Source: Prorocentrum cordatum (taxonomy: Eukaryota). From it: a stretch of 64,000 bases of DNA. The DNA is taken from NCBI GenBank assembly GCA_963575745.1, contig CAUYUJ010000325.1:558001-622000 (forward strand), given 5' to 3'. Position numbers and translations under genes: made by a program. Shown one piece after another: positions 48,594 to 61,216 of this stretch (its first letter is position 1; the number at the start of each line of letters is the position of its first letter). Below the pieces are notes generated by a model that had not been told where the DNA came from, made no database searches, and saw nothing but the letters and a program-made list of their open reading frames with translations.

Positions 48594-51500
48594 TTACAGA
48601 TCAAAATAATCACAAGGCACTGCTTTACAAGGCACGCATAAAAAGTCACACGAAACAACTGCATGCTTCATAGCTGCATGCGTTAAGGCATTCGTTGGCC
48701 GCTCGCCAAGGATGCGAGAGCCGTCGTCTGCATCCCCGAACGCGGCCTTGGCGGCCGCGGGTGATAACACCACGGCTTCTGGGATGGCATTGCAAACTGG
48801 GCACCGAGCAACGCCTTCCCCACCGAAATCAAGACCAGACAGCTTATCGTACAAGGACCGTGTTGTCACAAAAGCGTCGGGCATGCGCCCACGAAATGCA
48901 GCACTTGCTCTTGCCATATTCGCTTGCGTTTGGGATAACAACAACAGCAGACCCCGCGTGAATCTTGTCCCCGAAGCGTTCGATGTGAGATGTATTATTG
49001 TACTTAATGCCATTGCGTTCATCCAGCTCAGGTTTCCTTCCTGACAGGACATCGGTGCGAGTATCACCCCAAGCGACCCATACGGTGCGCGAGTTGTTGG
49101 CGCTATCGCCATCACCGTCGTCGGCAACCGCCTCAGCGCCCGCGAGCTCCAGGGGGCCAGCGAATTGCTCATCTGGGTCCTTGGCAGCAAATCGGCCTTG
49201 ACAAACATGAGCAAGCGCAATCATAGTAGGCATGACCGCCGTGACCCGAGCCACTGTACCTGGGGCTGGTCCTCGGCCCGATGGAACGATGGGATGCAGA
49301 AAAAAGGTCGGCTGAGGCAGCGGCGAAAAACGATGCAAGTGTTCGCTGATGGTTTTGGGCGGGGGGGTCAAACAGCTACGGCGCGTCGGGAACCCCCCCA
49401 GGGCCCAGGGATCAAGGGGCCCAGGGGCGCCGCGTTATCTTGAGATGCGGCGAGCCCTGCACCCCCCCCTCCCCGGGGCCCATCCACTCCAAGCTATTTC
49501 CATATATTGGCCACTTAGCCCCCGCCCTCCCATCCCATCCGATCGATCCTTCTGCGACTTCCGACGCGGCGTCTGGCGGCGCAGGCGGATCGATGCCCCC
49601 CCCGCCGATCTCGCCAGCAGCGGTTGCAATCCCGTCTACGCACCCCATATTCTCAAGTGCATCAGCGGCCGCCCCTGCTGGAAAATAGCCCGCTGGATCG
49701 ATCACCTCGCCAGTCCAATCGTCGACGCCCTCGTGGACCTCTTGGACGCGCGAGGCCCCATCAAAAGAATCCACGAAGCCCTCCGCCCCCAGTAAATCAT
49801 GCATGGCGTCGTCGAGGCCGTCGGAATGCGCCGCGGCCGCTCGCGCCTCAGCTCGAAGATTATCATCTGCTATGTCGTCGTCGCCCTCGCCGTCGTCGGC
49901 TGGGCCGCCGCCGCCGCCGGCGCCGTCGCGGGGCCGCTTCTTTTTCTCGATGGCCTTCAGACACCTGGGATTTCGACAGAAAGAAATATACAAAGACCAT
50001 TGGGGGAGCCCGGATCGGATATGAGCCAGGAATCGAGGAAGCCAGGGCTGGTTGCCAGGTGCCCTGGGCGCCTCTTGATGTTGTCGGAATCCAGAAGCGA
50101 CTCGACGCCCACCACGCTTGCTCGTTCAAGCCGATCAAGCCCCTGGCCCCGCCTCAAATTGAGCCTCACGAGCTCGATATCGCCACCGCTAAGCACGGCT
50201 GCCGCGCGCAAGCCCTTGAAAACGTCGACAAGAAGAAATGGTTTCAGGGTGGGCCTCAGCCTGATCATAGCGCGTCCGTCCGACACGTCCACCTACTGGG
50301 GCGAAGGGGAGGGGGGCGGCATGTCGCGCCCGCCATTTCGCGCGCCCTCTCGCCCTCCGCCGACGCAACCCCGCTACGGAACGGCCTGAGCCGCAGCAAC
50401 GGCCAGCGAGAAGCCGAGCGCATATTGGCGGCTGCTACATGCCAGCCCCCCCCCCCCCCCCGTTTCCCATTTACCCGCCGCTTCGACCCATGTCTCAGCC
50501 CTGCCAAAGCGGCGGGTAATCAACCAGGCGTCGTCGCCAGCGTAATTGGCAGGAGCGCTTCAAACGCAGAGCGCCCACTTGCTGCTGACATCGACATTGC
50601 CAATCACACCCCGGGGCGGAGTAGGAAAATCGAAGAAGGGGGCTGACTGACTGAACCGAACTGTCTGAACTGAACTGGCCGCGCGGGGAGCGAGAGATGG
50701 ATGGCCCTGCCACGCCGCGCCATCCATCCCTCACCCGCAATCGTCGATCCATTAGCATCGGAATCGGAATCTCAAATCAGATCGTCAGATCGCGTGACAT
50801 GCAACATGCGCGTTGCCGCAAGTGCCTTGATCAACGCCAAGGCACGATACATGAACCTATTGCGCTTCTCCAACGCCAGCTCGCACGGCGCTGGAGCAGC
50901 GGCCGCAGCCTTAGCCTTGGCCGCCGCCTTCGCCGCCGGGAGGGCCGGGGGGGCAGGGGGTCGCCAGCTGCCAGCGGCGGCGCAGGGAGCGGCAAGGCCG
51001 CCAAGGCCCCCTCCTCTGGAACAGCAGGGGCAGCAGTGGACACCATCGCCCACCTCTGCGACTCGGCTGGCTCGACGAGGTTTCGCAGCGGGATCGCCTC
51101 CGACGAGATTTCCCCCCCCCTATCTATCCCTCCTTCCCTCCTCCTTCTCCTTCCCCCCCCCCTCCTCCTGACCTCCCCTCCTGATCTTGCTCACCGCCCC
51201 CCGGCTCCTTCTGGCCCTCCTCCTCCTGCCGGCCCCCCCCATCGCCGCCCCCCCCCCTCCGCGCCGTGCAGTTCTTATCGTTGCGCTCATCGTTCTCTTT
51301 CTACTTCCTCTTCGCATCCTCGTTCTCCCCCCTCCTCCCCCCCCCCCCCTCCTCCTTCTACTCCCCAGCTGCCCCGTTTTCCTCCGCCCCCCCCCGCCGG
51401 GCGCCATCGCCCCCCCCCCGCCCCCGCCCCCACCACAACCGCCGCCACCTCCGCCCTACCCCCCAAAACCAAATCCCCTCCTCGGCGCCCCCCAGCCCCC

Positions 51501-53381
51501 CTCCCCTCGGACTCCGCAGACTTTACCCCCCCCCCCCCCCCGTCCCATGCTCATCAACTACCATGTCTCTCTCATCATCTTATCATCAGTCCTTGTCAAT
51601 TATCAATCCTTCCCCCTGCCCTCCTGGACTCCCCCATCCCCCTCATACTCCTGTCCCCCCTTCCCTCTGGGCTGCCTTCGGATGGTCGCAGACGCATTCG
51701 TCGATGAATGCAGCGCGCGCCTCTGGTCGCGACAGGCGAGGCGCTGCCTTTTTAACTGCGACCCTGCTGCTGAGGAGTGGAAGGCCAATGTTGGGGCTTA
51801 GCTTGCTGATGTGTTTGGCGATGCTATTGGTCCCCTCCACCTCCTGTGCGTCGGATGCCCACAACTCTGCGATGCTTGACATGAACGAAAGCATATCGCC
51901 GCGCATCGCGCCGCCCCGCGCGGCGCCCGCAATCGGGCCCCCGCAGGGGCCTTCGAAACAAAACCTATGGCCCTATGGGGCCCACTGCCCCAGTCCCTGC
52001 CCGGAGTTCGAGCCCCCAGGTTCCCGCCTGAAGTGTTCAGCGATTTTGACTGATGTCGGACATGTTTTCACAGCCTCGGCCTTGTCCCGCATCTCCTGGG
52101 GGAATCGATGCATCAATGTCGTCGAGTCGTCGATCGCGAAATCGCCGACCCTTTTGGGATTCCGACAACGCAGCAGGTCGCTTCTGAAGGGCGGGGCCCC
52201 TGGGGCCCCTGAAGGGGCCGGGCCTCGGGAACAGCGGGGGGGCGGGAAGGCCCCGGGGCAACCAAAGAAAGTAAATAAAACGAACGTTGATTTGAACGCG
52301 GGTCGAGGCAGCGAGTCGCGCGAGCGTTTGAGTCTCGCCAATCCACGCAGACATCGGCCCTTTCACTGCAGCGCGTCTCAGGCGGGGTCTTGATTAGGAT
52401 GAGCAACTTCCAGGGGTAGCTTTCAAACAAGGCAACGATCCTCAGCTCATAGTCGGCTCGTAAATCTAACACTAGTTCCACGGTGGGCGCAGTCAGCTCA
52501 AAGATGTATTCGTCTGAATGTCCTTCGAAGACTTGCCCCCAGGTGCTGCTGCGAACTTCTGGGGCCAACAACATGTCGTCGCATTATAAGCATATTTGTT
52601 TCACCCTAGAATAAATCATGCTACATATCTTCGGCTTGGGGTTCGGCGACTCGTCTCGTTGCTGCATCCAGTTCAGCAAATGCGATAATGGCATACGGCT
52701 TCGGCGAGCAATTAAAACCGGAGACCGGAACCACGGGCCCCCAAGACAATTCAGGCCCCCGCTGATCCAGCGACCAACTCTCTGACCGTAATCCCCCCCC
52801 CCGTCCTCTGCCCGATTGGCGTCGCTGACAACTGGGCCCGGGTGGCCCCAGACACGTTCGAAAGCGCACTTCAATTTGAGGCGGCAGCACTTCTCCAAAA
52901 ACTCCTCTACGACTGACGACGACCCCCAAGCCCCACATCACCCTCGGGTCCGAACGAAGTTTTCCGAGTCGCGCCCATTCGAAGCGAGAGGCTCAGAAAC
53001 AATGTGGTTCTGTCGGTTCTCAGGAATCCAGGGTCCTCAGTCGCAGATGCAGTGCCCCATCGACCACGCAGGGGCCTGAGGGGGTAGCCTACGAAGCTCG
53101 CCCTTGGCGCATGCGTTCGAACGTCCCAAACTCCATGCGCAAAAGATTTTAGCTGCATTCCCAGTTGCTCGCCATATGTTAGTCAGCGTTGCAAGCTTGC
53201 CAAAATATTTAATCCATCCAACCGGCGAAGCTGTGCCTCAACAGATCGACGGAGCAAGCGGTCAATGCACCACTGCCATATCACCAGCGCGCGAGGATCA
53301 TCTGCCGTAGATGCAGTTATCAACTTGCGGGCGCCTTGCTGGCCTGGGCCTCTGGAGAAGGAGACAGGACCAGGTGATGGG

Positions 53382-53453
<72 letters not shown>

Positions 53454-54137
53454 CTGCGCACGGATCGCCGCCCCACTCACTTGCCCCGCGACTCGCACTG
53501 CCCACCGCCGCGTTTCCAGCGACGTCCGCCACGACAAAGGCGAATGGAAATACGATGGCGAGGAGTAGGGGCCATGGAAGTCACACGCGTCATGAGAGCG
53601 AAACAACTTACAACAGTTAGTCATTCAGTCAGTCAGTCAGCCAGCCAGTGGGATAGAGGTAGGAGACGGGGAGGGGATTCAGGGGATTGACCTTTGTCTG
53701 TCGTGAAAACAAACGCTCCGAGGCGGTTCGGGAACCTGACGGGCGCGCTCCACGGCTCGACCCCGGCTGATGTCAGATGCTTCTTGAGCATAGACGCTTG
53801 AGATGCCCCGTCGCTGTGATCTGGCACGAACTGCATGTCCGTGAAGACAGGTGCGCGCGGACGCAGCAGATCGTCATCGCAGTAGTCGCCACCTTGCAGG
53901 GCGGCGGCGGCCTCCCCTATCCTTCTCCCTCCTCATCCTCCCCCTCCTCCTCCTCCCCCTCCTCTCCTCTTCATAATCCCCCTCATTCTCCTCCGCCTCA
54001 GTCTGCCCATCATCGTTCTCCTCATCATCATCCTCATTCTCCTAATCCTCCAACCACCTCCGCCACCCTCCTCTTCGCCTCCTCGCCCTGTCCTGGAACC
54101 CAGTGGAACCCCTCCCAACCCCCCTCGGACCTCAGCG

Positions 54138-54170
<33 letters not shown>

Positions 54171-55318
54171 ACGCATGCCTCCATCGCCCATCCCGCCCGT
54201 CATCTCACCCATCTCGAATCGTAATTCACCGTACTCCCATGGCACCTGGCCCGATGTCTGTCGGCGACACGCAGCGGCTGGCCACGCTACACGCGTGAAC
54301 TTTGAGCGAGTTGGCAGCGGCACTGTTCGTGGCATCACGGCGAACGTGGTGCACCTCGCAAGTAAAAAGGCCACCAGCACTCCACATGCGATCCGCCTGG
54401 CGCGCGCGCCAGCATTGACGTCTACAAGAAACCGCAAGCCCGACCGCACGGGCAGACTCAGCGCAGGAGGAAGTGGCGCCTATCAGATGTTGGCTCAACA
54501 TCGGGAGGAGCGGTGGGGGGCCCGGGAGGAGAGACCACAGAAGTGGCGCAGCCTTCCCAGATATTGTTGGCCAGCATGCGCCCCCAGCGGACGACGCAAT
54601 GCCGCGCGACGGGGGCGCCCATTATCTGCGCCAATGCGGACGCCCCAGAATGGCCAATGTTCCTCCGAAAAGCCAACTGATACCCCCCGATATAATCATG
54701 CAGGCGCGCTTGGCGCCCACCTTCCGCCTCCTGTTGACCTTGATCCCGCCGCCCGCCGATGCGGCTGCAGCTCTGCGGGCCAACCTGAACTCTTGCTCTG
54801 CCTTGATCGCCCTCTATTGGCCCTGGCGCGCTCGCGGGTCAGCATGCGGTTCACCTGCACGATGCGCTGGTTGACAGCTGTCCTTCCGACTGGAACAAAT
54901 GGCAGGGCACGGGCGCGGCGACGCGGCAGCGGGTGTGCCGTGTCCACTGGGACAATAGCTCCGCCTCCGCCTCCAGCGCGGTGGGCCCCACCTGGGCGGC
55001 GGCTGTCAAGGCGATCACGAAGCATCGAATAAGCCCTCTCTTCAATGTGAGCCATGCGATATCAGCGGCCAATGTGGTGCCATAATGCTGGAAAGCGTCG
55101 CGCAACGTGCTGACGCGGAGGACCCTGTCCACTGAGATTGCAACTTGCCGACGCAACTCTGACTGCTCACGCTGGGTATCTGCGCCATGCCCCGATGCCA
55201 GCAGCGCATTACACAATGCATTCACAGCGATGCGACGAGACGGAAACACAACCGTGCCATCTAGCGCGATCGTCGCATGCTGGACACCGCCTTGTGCAAG
55301 CGGCATGTGCACATCCAT
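48594..55318 (-). pseudogene. hAT-like (RNase H-fold DDE) transposase pseudogene with a long C-terminal tail
   Basis: D1 RRDATNS (54336-54334), D2 FVFTTDKG (53698-53696), degenerate CxxH WQWCIDR (~53265), GRWG (53065-53054), YPWKLL, E in SDAQEVEGTNS (51837-51835), then an acidic region and CPVC. Interrupted by introns, inserts, stops and frameshifts. Confidence 0.7.
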
Positions 55319-56658
55319 TCCGTCTGAAATGGAATGGAAGATGGAATGTTATATTGGGCCAAAACGGCCGAACATTGCTGCCGCCACCTCTTCACATCTC
55401 AGAATTCAGGAACTCGCATGTCCAGGAATCCAAATCAAAGTCAAGTGGCATGGGGCCCGGGGCTAGGAATGTTGCAAACGTCCAGGTGTCACTGACTGTC
55501 ACTGTCCTCAGTCTGCTCACTCCTCGGGGTCGCTTTGACCCGGGAACGTTTTCTTTCTATGGTAAGGGCCCCTCAAGGGCCGTCGGTAAAGGGAGGATCC
55601 AGAGTGAGAGGGGGAGGTTGTTGGGACTGGGACGGTGGGTCGGCGGCGGCTGCGGATAGGCAGGGAGGGGCAGGCGACGGAGGAACGACTAGCAAAGAAC
55701 AGACAAGGGAAGTTTCGGGGAAAGCTTCGGGTTTCGGCGTCTGGGCTACCTAACGCATGCAACACAGCCAACTGTGCGCACAGATCGCGTGCCATCCATT
55801 GACGGCGCCTTCAGAAGCATGGGCTTGGCCCCTCAATGTTCAACGACCCTGGGGACGAATCCAAGTCAACAAATCCAATTCAACGCGTGCGCGGCAGCGC
55901 AAAGTTTCGGATACGTTGCCTTTTGTGGGGGGATCGTTTTCTGATGTTTACATGTGTTGCGCCAAGATTTCCGACATGATATGTGGTTTCTCACGTGTAA
56001 TGGCCAGTCTGCGACACGCAGCGCACGCATGATCCCTTCGTTCGAAAAACACATAATTAATGAATTCGTCGTCGCAAAAACACACCATACACGAGAATGT
56101 CCCAATCTTTTTTTGCACACATGTAACAAATATCGCCCGTACGTTTCTTACGAAAAAAACTCCCGGTGCAAATGTGGAACTTCCCCCCGTGGAATTCCAA
56201 ACCGCCCGTTGGTACCACCCACCCGGCAAGTTACAACGTCCCCACCTGCCCCCCTTCCTTTCGGGAGCGGCCAAGAGGGGGGTGTCCAAGAGCCGGGGGT
56301 GCTGATCATGACCGGCGGCATGTGCGCGGCCCAGCGGGGGGAGGCCAGGGACGTCATGAAACAAGAGGAGGCGCCATGAAATCTGGGGAAATATCCTGGC
56401 CCCCGCCATGATATCCACCCCCCCAGTCATCACCCCCCTCCTTGCCGCCAGCGATTCCTCAAATGGCGCTTTCGTTGGTCCCCAGGCGATGCGCTCCTGG
56501 CGCGCCAGCAGGAGCGCCCGACGGGCCCGAAGAGGCCCCCGAGAGGCAGCAGGAAAGCCGTCGGAGGTCCCCAGAGAGGCCCTCAAACAGGCTCCAGGCG
56601 TGGACGTCCCCCCTCTTCCGGGGGGTCAGCAGTGGCGCAAGCCTCTTGAATAGGAGAG

Positions 56659-56822
56659 TGAAGGGGCCCTGGGACACACAAATAAATACACACAAATAGC
56701 AGGATTCCCCACATTTCCCCATAGTTTCTGGGTTTTTATCTTCCCCCCCCACTTCCGATATTTTCCCCTTTTTTCCTGGGAATCGACGATTAATTGTGTC
56801 TGTGTGATTTTTCCCCTCCTGA
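56659..56822. mobile_element. ~158-bp interspersed element, copy 3
   Basis: Close homologue of 19643-19804 with TGA at both ends. Confidence 0.8.
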
Positions 56823-56929
56823 GAGCGGGGGCCACAAAGTGCCTGGAAACATCATGCCCTCCCCCCCCTGCGGCTGGCATCGCAAAGATGGCACGCAGCA
56901 TCGATCCTCAAAGAAGCGCGCTACACCCC

Positions 56930-57140
56930 TGCGATTTGGACGCCCGAAATGGGCACGGAAACAATGGGCACAATGCCCAACAACAAATGTTGTCCCAAAC
57001 CAACAGCGGCCGCGGTTGGGCTGGCGGCCTCCTGTCTCAAGTGGACACAGGCCGCGGCGGCGCGGACAGCGAATCCTGTTCAAAATGAACAAGAACTGCT
57101 GTTGGGCACCGCAACCATTCTTTCTGTACCCATTTCGTCC
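56930..57140 (+). repeat. Dispersed repeat family
   Basis: TTGGACGCCC...ATGGGCACAATGCCCAACAAC...TGTTGTCC also occurs at ~11140-11340 and inverted at ~57858-57940. Confidence 0.8.
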
Positions 57141-57386
57141 ATGCCGATGCGAGGCGGTTCCCCAGCGAAGGCCCCATCCTGCGCACGCCACCCCTCTGCG
57201 AGGGGCCCCGTCGGTGCACGCCATCCCCCTGCTGGGGCGTCCTCGGTGCACGCTGCCCCCCGGCCAGGGTGGCCCTCGGCGGGGGGCGGCGTGCAGTGAG
57301 CCAGCCGGCGGCGCACCGCGGCCGGTCGGCACGACGCAAACCCACGGCAGTCATCACCCCCCCCTCTTGGACGCCCGCTAAGATTA

Positions 57387-57541
57387 AATCGGGCCTGTCC
57401 CTCCACAGGGGGAATGTTTTAAAAAATAGTCAGAAAATAATCTGGGGACTATTTTTATGTATTCTTGGGCACCTTTTGAAAATTGTTTGGGTATCTTTTA
57501 TTTCTCGTCCAAAATCCCCCTGTAAGGGGACACGCCCGACT
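57387..57541. mobile_element. MITE, relative of 10452-10600
   Basis: TA|AATCGGGCCTGTCCCTCCACAGG ... CCTGTAAGGGGACACGCCCGACT with an AT-rich interior. Confidence 0.75.
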
Positions 57542-58007
57542 TGACGCTAAGACGGAGCAAAGACGAGGAGAATCGGGAGTCTATGAGATCCGGCGGCCCT
57601 AGAAGACGTTTCGGGCAGCGCGGCCTTCTCGGAGCGTTCCTGAACGCCGAACGCTCTGGAACGGATTCGTCCTCGTCCTAGCCCCGCCCGACTCCCTGGC
57701 GCGCGGAGCGCGCCAGGGGCGGCGCCGAAGGCGCCGCCAGGGGGCTCCAGCGCCGATCCGAGATATCCGCACAGACCTCTGGGATGGGGGGCCGTTCCGG
57801 GCCCCGGGACCATCGAAAACGGATCTCAGGCGAAACCTATGGGACCGCCTGCCCAACAGCGGCCGCCATTGGTTTTGGACAACATGTGCTGTTGGGCGTT
57901 GAACCCATTCTTTCCGTACCCATCTCGGGCGTCCAAAACAATAGAAGGGGCGTCCGATCTGAACGCTGCCCCCTCTGTCAAACGAGAGACGGCCCCAGGG
58001 AGGGGCA

Positions 58008-58013
58008 GACGAA

Positions 58014-58087
<74 letters not shown>

Positions 58088-58127
58088 CGAACGACCACGA
58101 CGACAACGACGACGACGACGACAACGC

Positions 58128-58176
<49 letters not shown>

Positions 58177-58196
58177 ACGACGGACGACGGACGACT

Positions 58197-58227
<31 letters not shown>

Positions 58228-58230
58228 ACC
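58008..58230 (+). repeat. (GAC)n microsatellite
   Basis: Seen directly. Confidence 0.95.
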
Positions 58231-58825
58231 CCCAGAAAAAGGGCCGAGACATCCCTGACCCCCGACGTCGTGATCTTTTCACAACGTCGACCCCCAGAGG
58301 TCTGGACCCCTGACCCGGGGACCGACATTTCAGCCTGAGTTGTTTTTGACGGTCCCGAAGCCCAAGAACGGAGGCTGAAACTAGCGAAAACCTCCCGTCA
58401 TGAGTTTTCTCACAACGCGAGGGGGTCGAGACCTCCGGGGCCCCGTCCGACCCGCGACGTTCGCGCGCACCGCCACCGCCGTGTGGCTAGGGGAGGCGGA
58501 GGAGGAGGAGGAGGAGAACCAGTGCAAACCCAAGAGTCATCAACGATGTTGGACTAAACCTTCCCTCGAAATTCCCTCTTCATAGGCCCCTACAACCATT
58601 CATTTCCATTGAGGGAACTGCCTCGTTGGAAGACAACAGTTTGAAGACTCAGAAACATGCCAAAACATTGTTCTCGGGATTCCACAAGGATCAACCTGAC
58701 TGTTGCGTTTGGGCGATTCTGAATCGCACCAGAGCGCCATTCTTGGAGACTTCAACACCGCGAACGAACGTAACTGTTGCACCCCCATGCCCCTGAAGCC
58801 TTCCAAAACACTCTTTCTTGAATTT

Positions 58826-59773
58826 CCCTACCTGGGCTCTGCCTAGAAGGGTTCTTACTCGGTGTGCTTAAAGGGCCCGGCAGTGGAACCCGCCCCGGGC
58901 GGTTCCCCCAGCATCCGCCCCGCGGTTCCCCCAGTTGCGCCCCGTGGGCTCACCCAGCTTAGCTTGGCTTAGCTTAGCTTACCCTATCTCATCGTAGCTT
59001 AGCTTAGTTTAGCTTAGCTTAGCTTAGCTTTGCCTAGCTTAGCCTAGCTTAGTTTAGCCTAGTTTGGCTTGGCTTAGCTTCGCTTAGCTTAGCTTAGCTG
59101 AGCTTGGCTTAGTTTAGCCTATATCATATTAGCTTAGCTCAGCTTAGCTTCGCTTAGATTAGCTTAGCTTTCCTTGGCCTAGCTTAGTTTAGCTTAGCTT
59201 CGCCTACCCTAGCTTAACTTAGCTTAGCTCAGCTTATATTAGCACACTTTGGATTACCTCATCTTGGCTTAGCGCAGCACAGCATAGCGCAGCGAAGCAT
59301 TATCACAGCATAGCATAGCATAGCATAGCCAAGCATCGCATAGCATAGCATAGCTCATCACAGCACAGCACAGCATAGCATTGCATAGCCCAGCATAGCA
59401 CCGCATAGCATGGCACAGCATTGCTTAGCATAGCACAGCGCAGCATAGCATAGCATAGCATAACACAGCCTAGCATAGCATAGTATAGCATAGCGCAGTA
59501 TATCATTATCATAGCATAACATATCATAGCATAGAACAGCATAGCATCGCATATCATAGCATAGCGCAGCACAGCATAGCGCAGCATAGCATACCATAGC
59601 CTAGTCCAGTCTACCCCGGCATAGAATTGCGCAGCATAACATAGCATAGCATAGCATGCCATAGCATAGCATAGCGCAGCACGGCATCCATTACTACTAC
59701 TACTACTACTACTACTACTACGACTACTACGAATACTACGAATACTACTACTACGACTACTACTTCTACTACG

Positions 59774-59868
<95 letters not shown>

Positions 59869-59921
59869 GACTACGACGACTACTACTACTACTATTACTA
59901 CTACTACTACTAGTACGACTC

Positions 59922-59954
<33 letters not shown>

Positions 59955-59955
59955 T

Positions 59956-60011
<56 letters not shown>

Positions 60012-60040
60012 ATACTACTACCGCTACTGCTACAACTACG
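58826..60040. mobile_element. Inverted, diverged relative of the (AAGCT)n element followed by (AGCAT)n and (TAC)n tracts
   Basis: CCCTACCTGGGCTCTGCCTAGAAGGGTTCTTACTC is the reverse complement of the family terminus. (AGCTT)n 58957-59270, (AGCAT)n to ~59680, (TAC)n to ~60040. The second terminus was not found. Confidence 0.65.
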
Positions 60041-60134
60041 ACGATGAGGAGAAAGAGGGGGGCGGCGTTTACCGTTCCTACCTATGTTGCTTTCCGAGAG
60101 GCTCATCGGAATCCGTGAAACGTTTGCCAAATGT

Positions 60135-60420
60135 ATTAACGAATGTGCGCGGCGCTAAAGCGGGAACCACATTCTGAAACGGAACCTTCCTCAAGCCGTG
60201 CAACTATTTCAAATGTTTAAAACGAATACGCGCGGCGTTGAGGCGAAAACCACATTTTCAAACGGGCCCCCCATCAATCCGTGAAGCTCTTGCAAGTGCT
60301 TAGAACGAATGCGCGCGGCGCTAAGGCGAAAAATGTTGAAAAGGCCCGCCAGCAATCCGTGATATGTTTTATCGAATGTGCGCGGCGCATAAGCGAGAAC
60401 CACCTTTCGAAAACAGCCCG
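60135..60420 (+). repeat. Degenerate tandem repeat (CGAATGxGCGCGGCG...AACCAC)
   Basis: Four units at ~60140, 60223, 60306 and 60373. Confidence 0.75.
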
Positions 60421-60714
60421 CCTTCCATCTGTGAAACCGTCGCCGATTTTAAAACTTCAGGGCCATCAGTGGCGAGGAAGGCTCAGGCGAAACGCCCGGC
60501 CCGCCCTAAAAACTGCCCGCGGGGAGCGAAAGGGGGAAATTATTCATGAGGAACAAGAGTGGGTGAGGAGGAGGAGGACGAGGAGGAGGAGGAGGAGGAA
60601 GAGGAGGAGGAGGAGGAGGAGGAGGAGGAGGAGGACTCGAGGACCCGAGGGCAGAGGCCACCGCGGTCGACTCCGCCGCCGCGGCCCCTGCGCCCGCGCA
60701 CGCTGCGCGGGCTC

Positions 60715-61216
60715 TCAAGAGGTCGCGAGCCAGCCCCAGAAACAGGGCGGGCCCCTCCTCACTGCCACTCCCAGGGCAGAGTAAACCAGCGGGGCAGCTG
60801 CCCCGTGAGGTCGCGAGCCAGCCCCAGAGACAGGGCGGGCCCCCACCTCACTGCCCACCCAGGGCAGAGTAAATCTGCGGGGCCGACGCCCCGAGCCGCG
60901 TACTCACCCACGTTAACGCCGCCCAGCAGCCACACGTGGAAGCTTTGCCACCATGCGCCCGCGTACGCTACGCGGCCTCTCAAGAGGTCGCGAGCCAGCC
61001 CCAGAGACAGGGCGGGCCCCACCTCACTGCCACTCCCAGGGCAGGGTAATCAGCGGGGCAGCCGCCCCGTGAGGTCGCGAGCCAGCCCCAGAGACAGGAC
61101 GGGCCCCCACCTCGCTGCCACTCCAGGGCAGAGTAACTCTGCGGGGCCGAAGCCCCGAGCCGTGTACTCATCCACGCTGGCGCCGCCCAGCTGCCACACG
61201 TGGAAGCTTGCCACCA
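60715..61216 (+). repeat. Tandem repeat (GAGGTCGCGAGCCAGCCCCAGAGACAGGGCGGGCCCC core) with a higher-order ~265-bp duplication
   Basis: Core at ~60719, 60807, 60984 and 61071. Confidence 0.85.

Larger units (their letters stand above)
38151..56203 (-). mobile_element. Candidate ~18-kb cargo-carrying DNA transposon (hAT-like transposase + C5-MTase + ParB-like gene), decayed
   Basis: Inverted pair 38151-38194 / 56162-56203 (38 of 44 positions match), 8-bp flanks GCCCGCCA / GCCCGTTG, and three co-oriented genes fitting between them. Confidence 0.45.
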
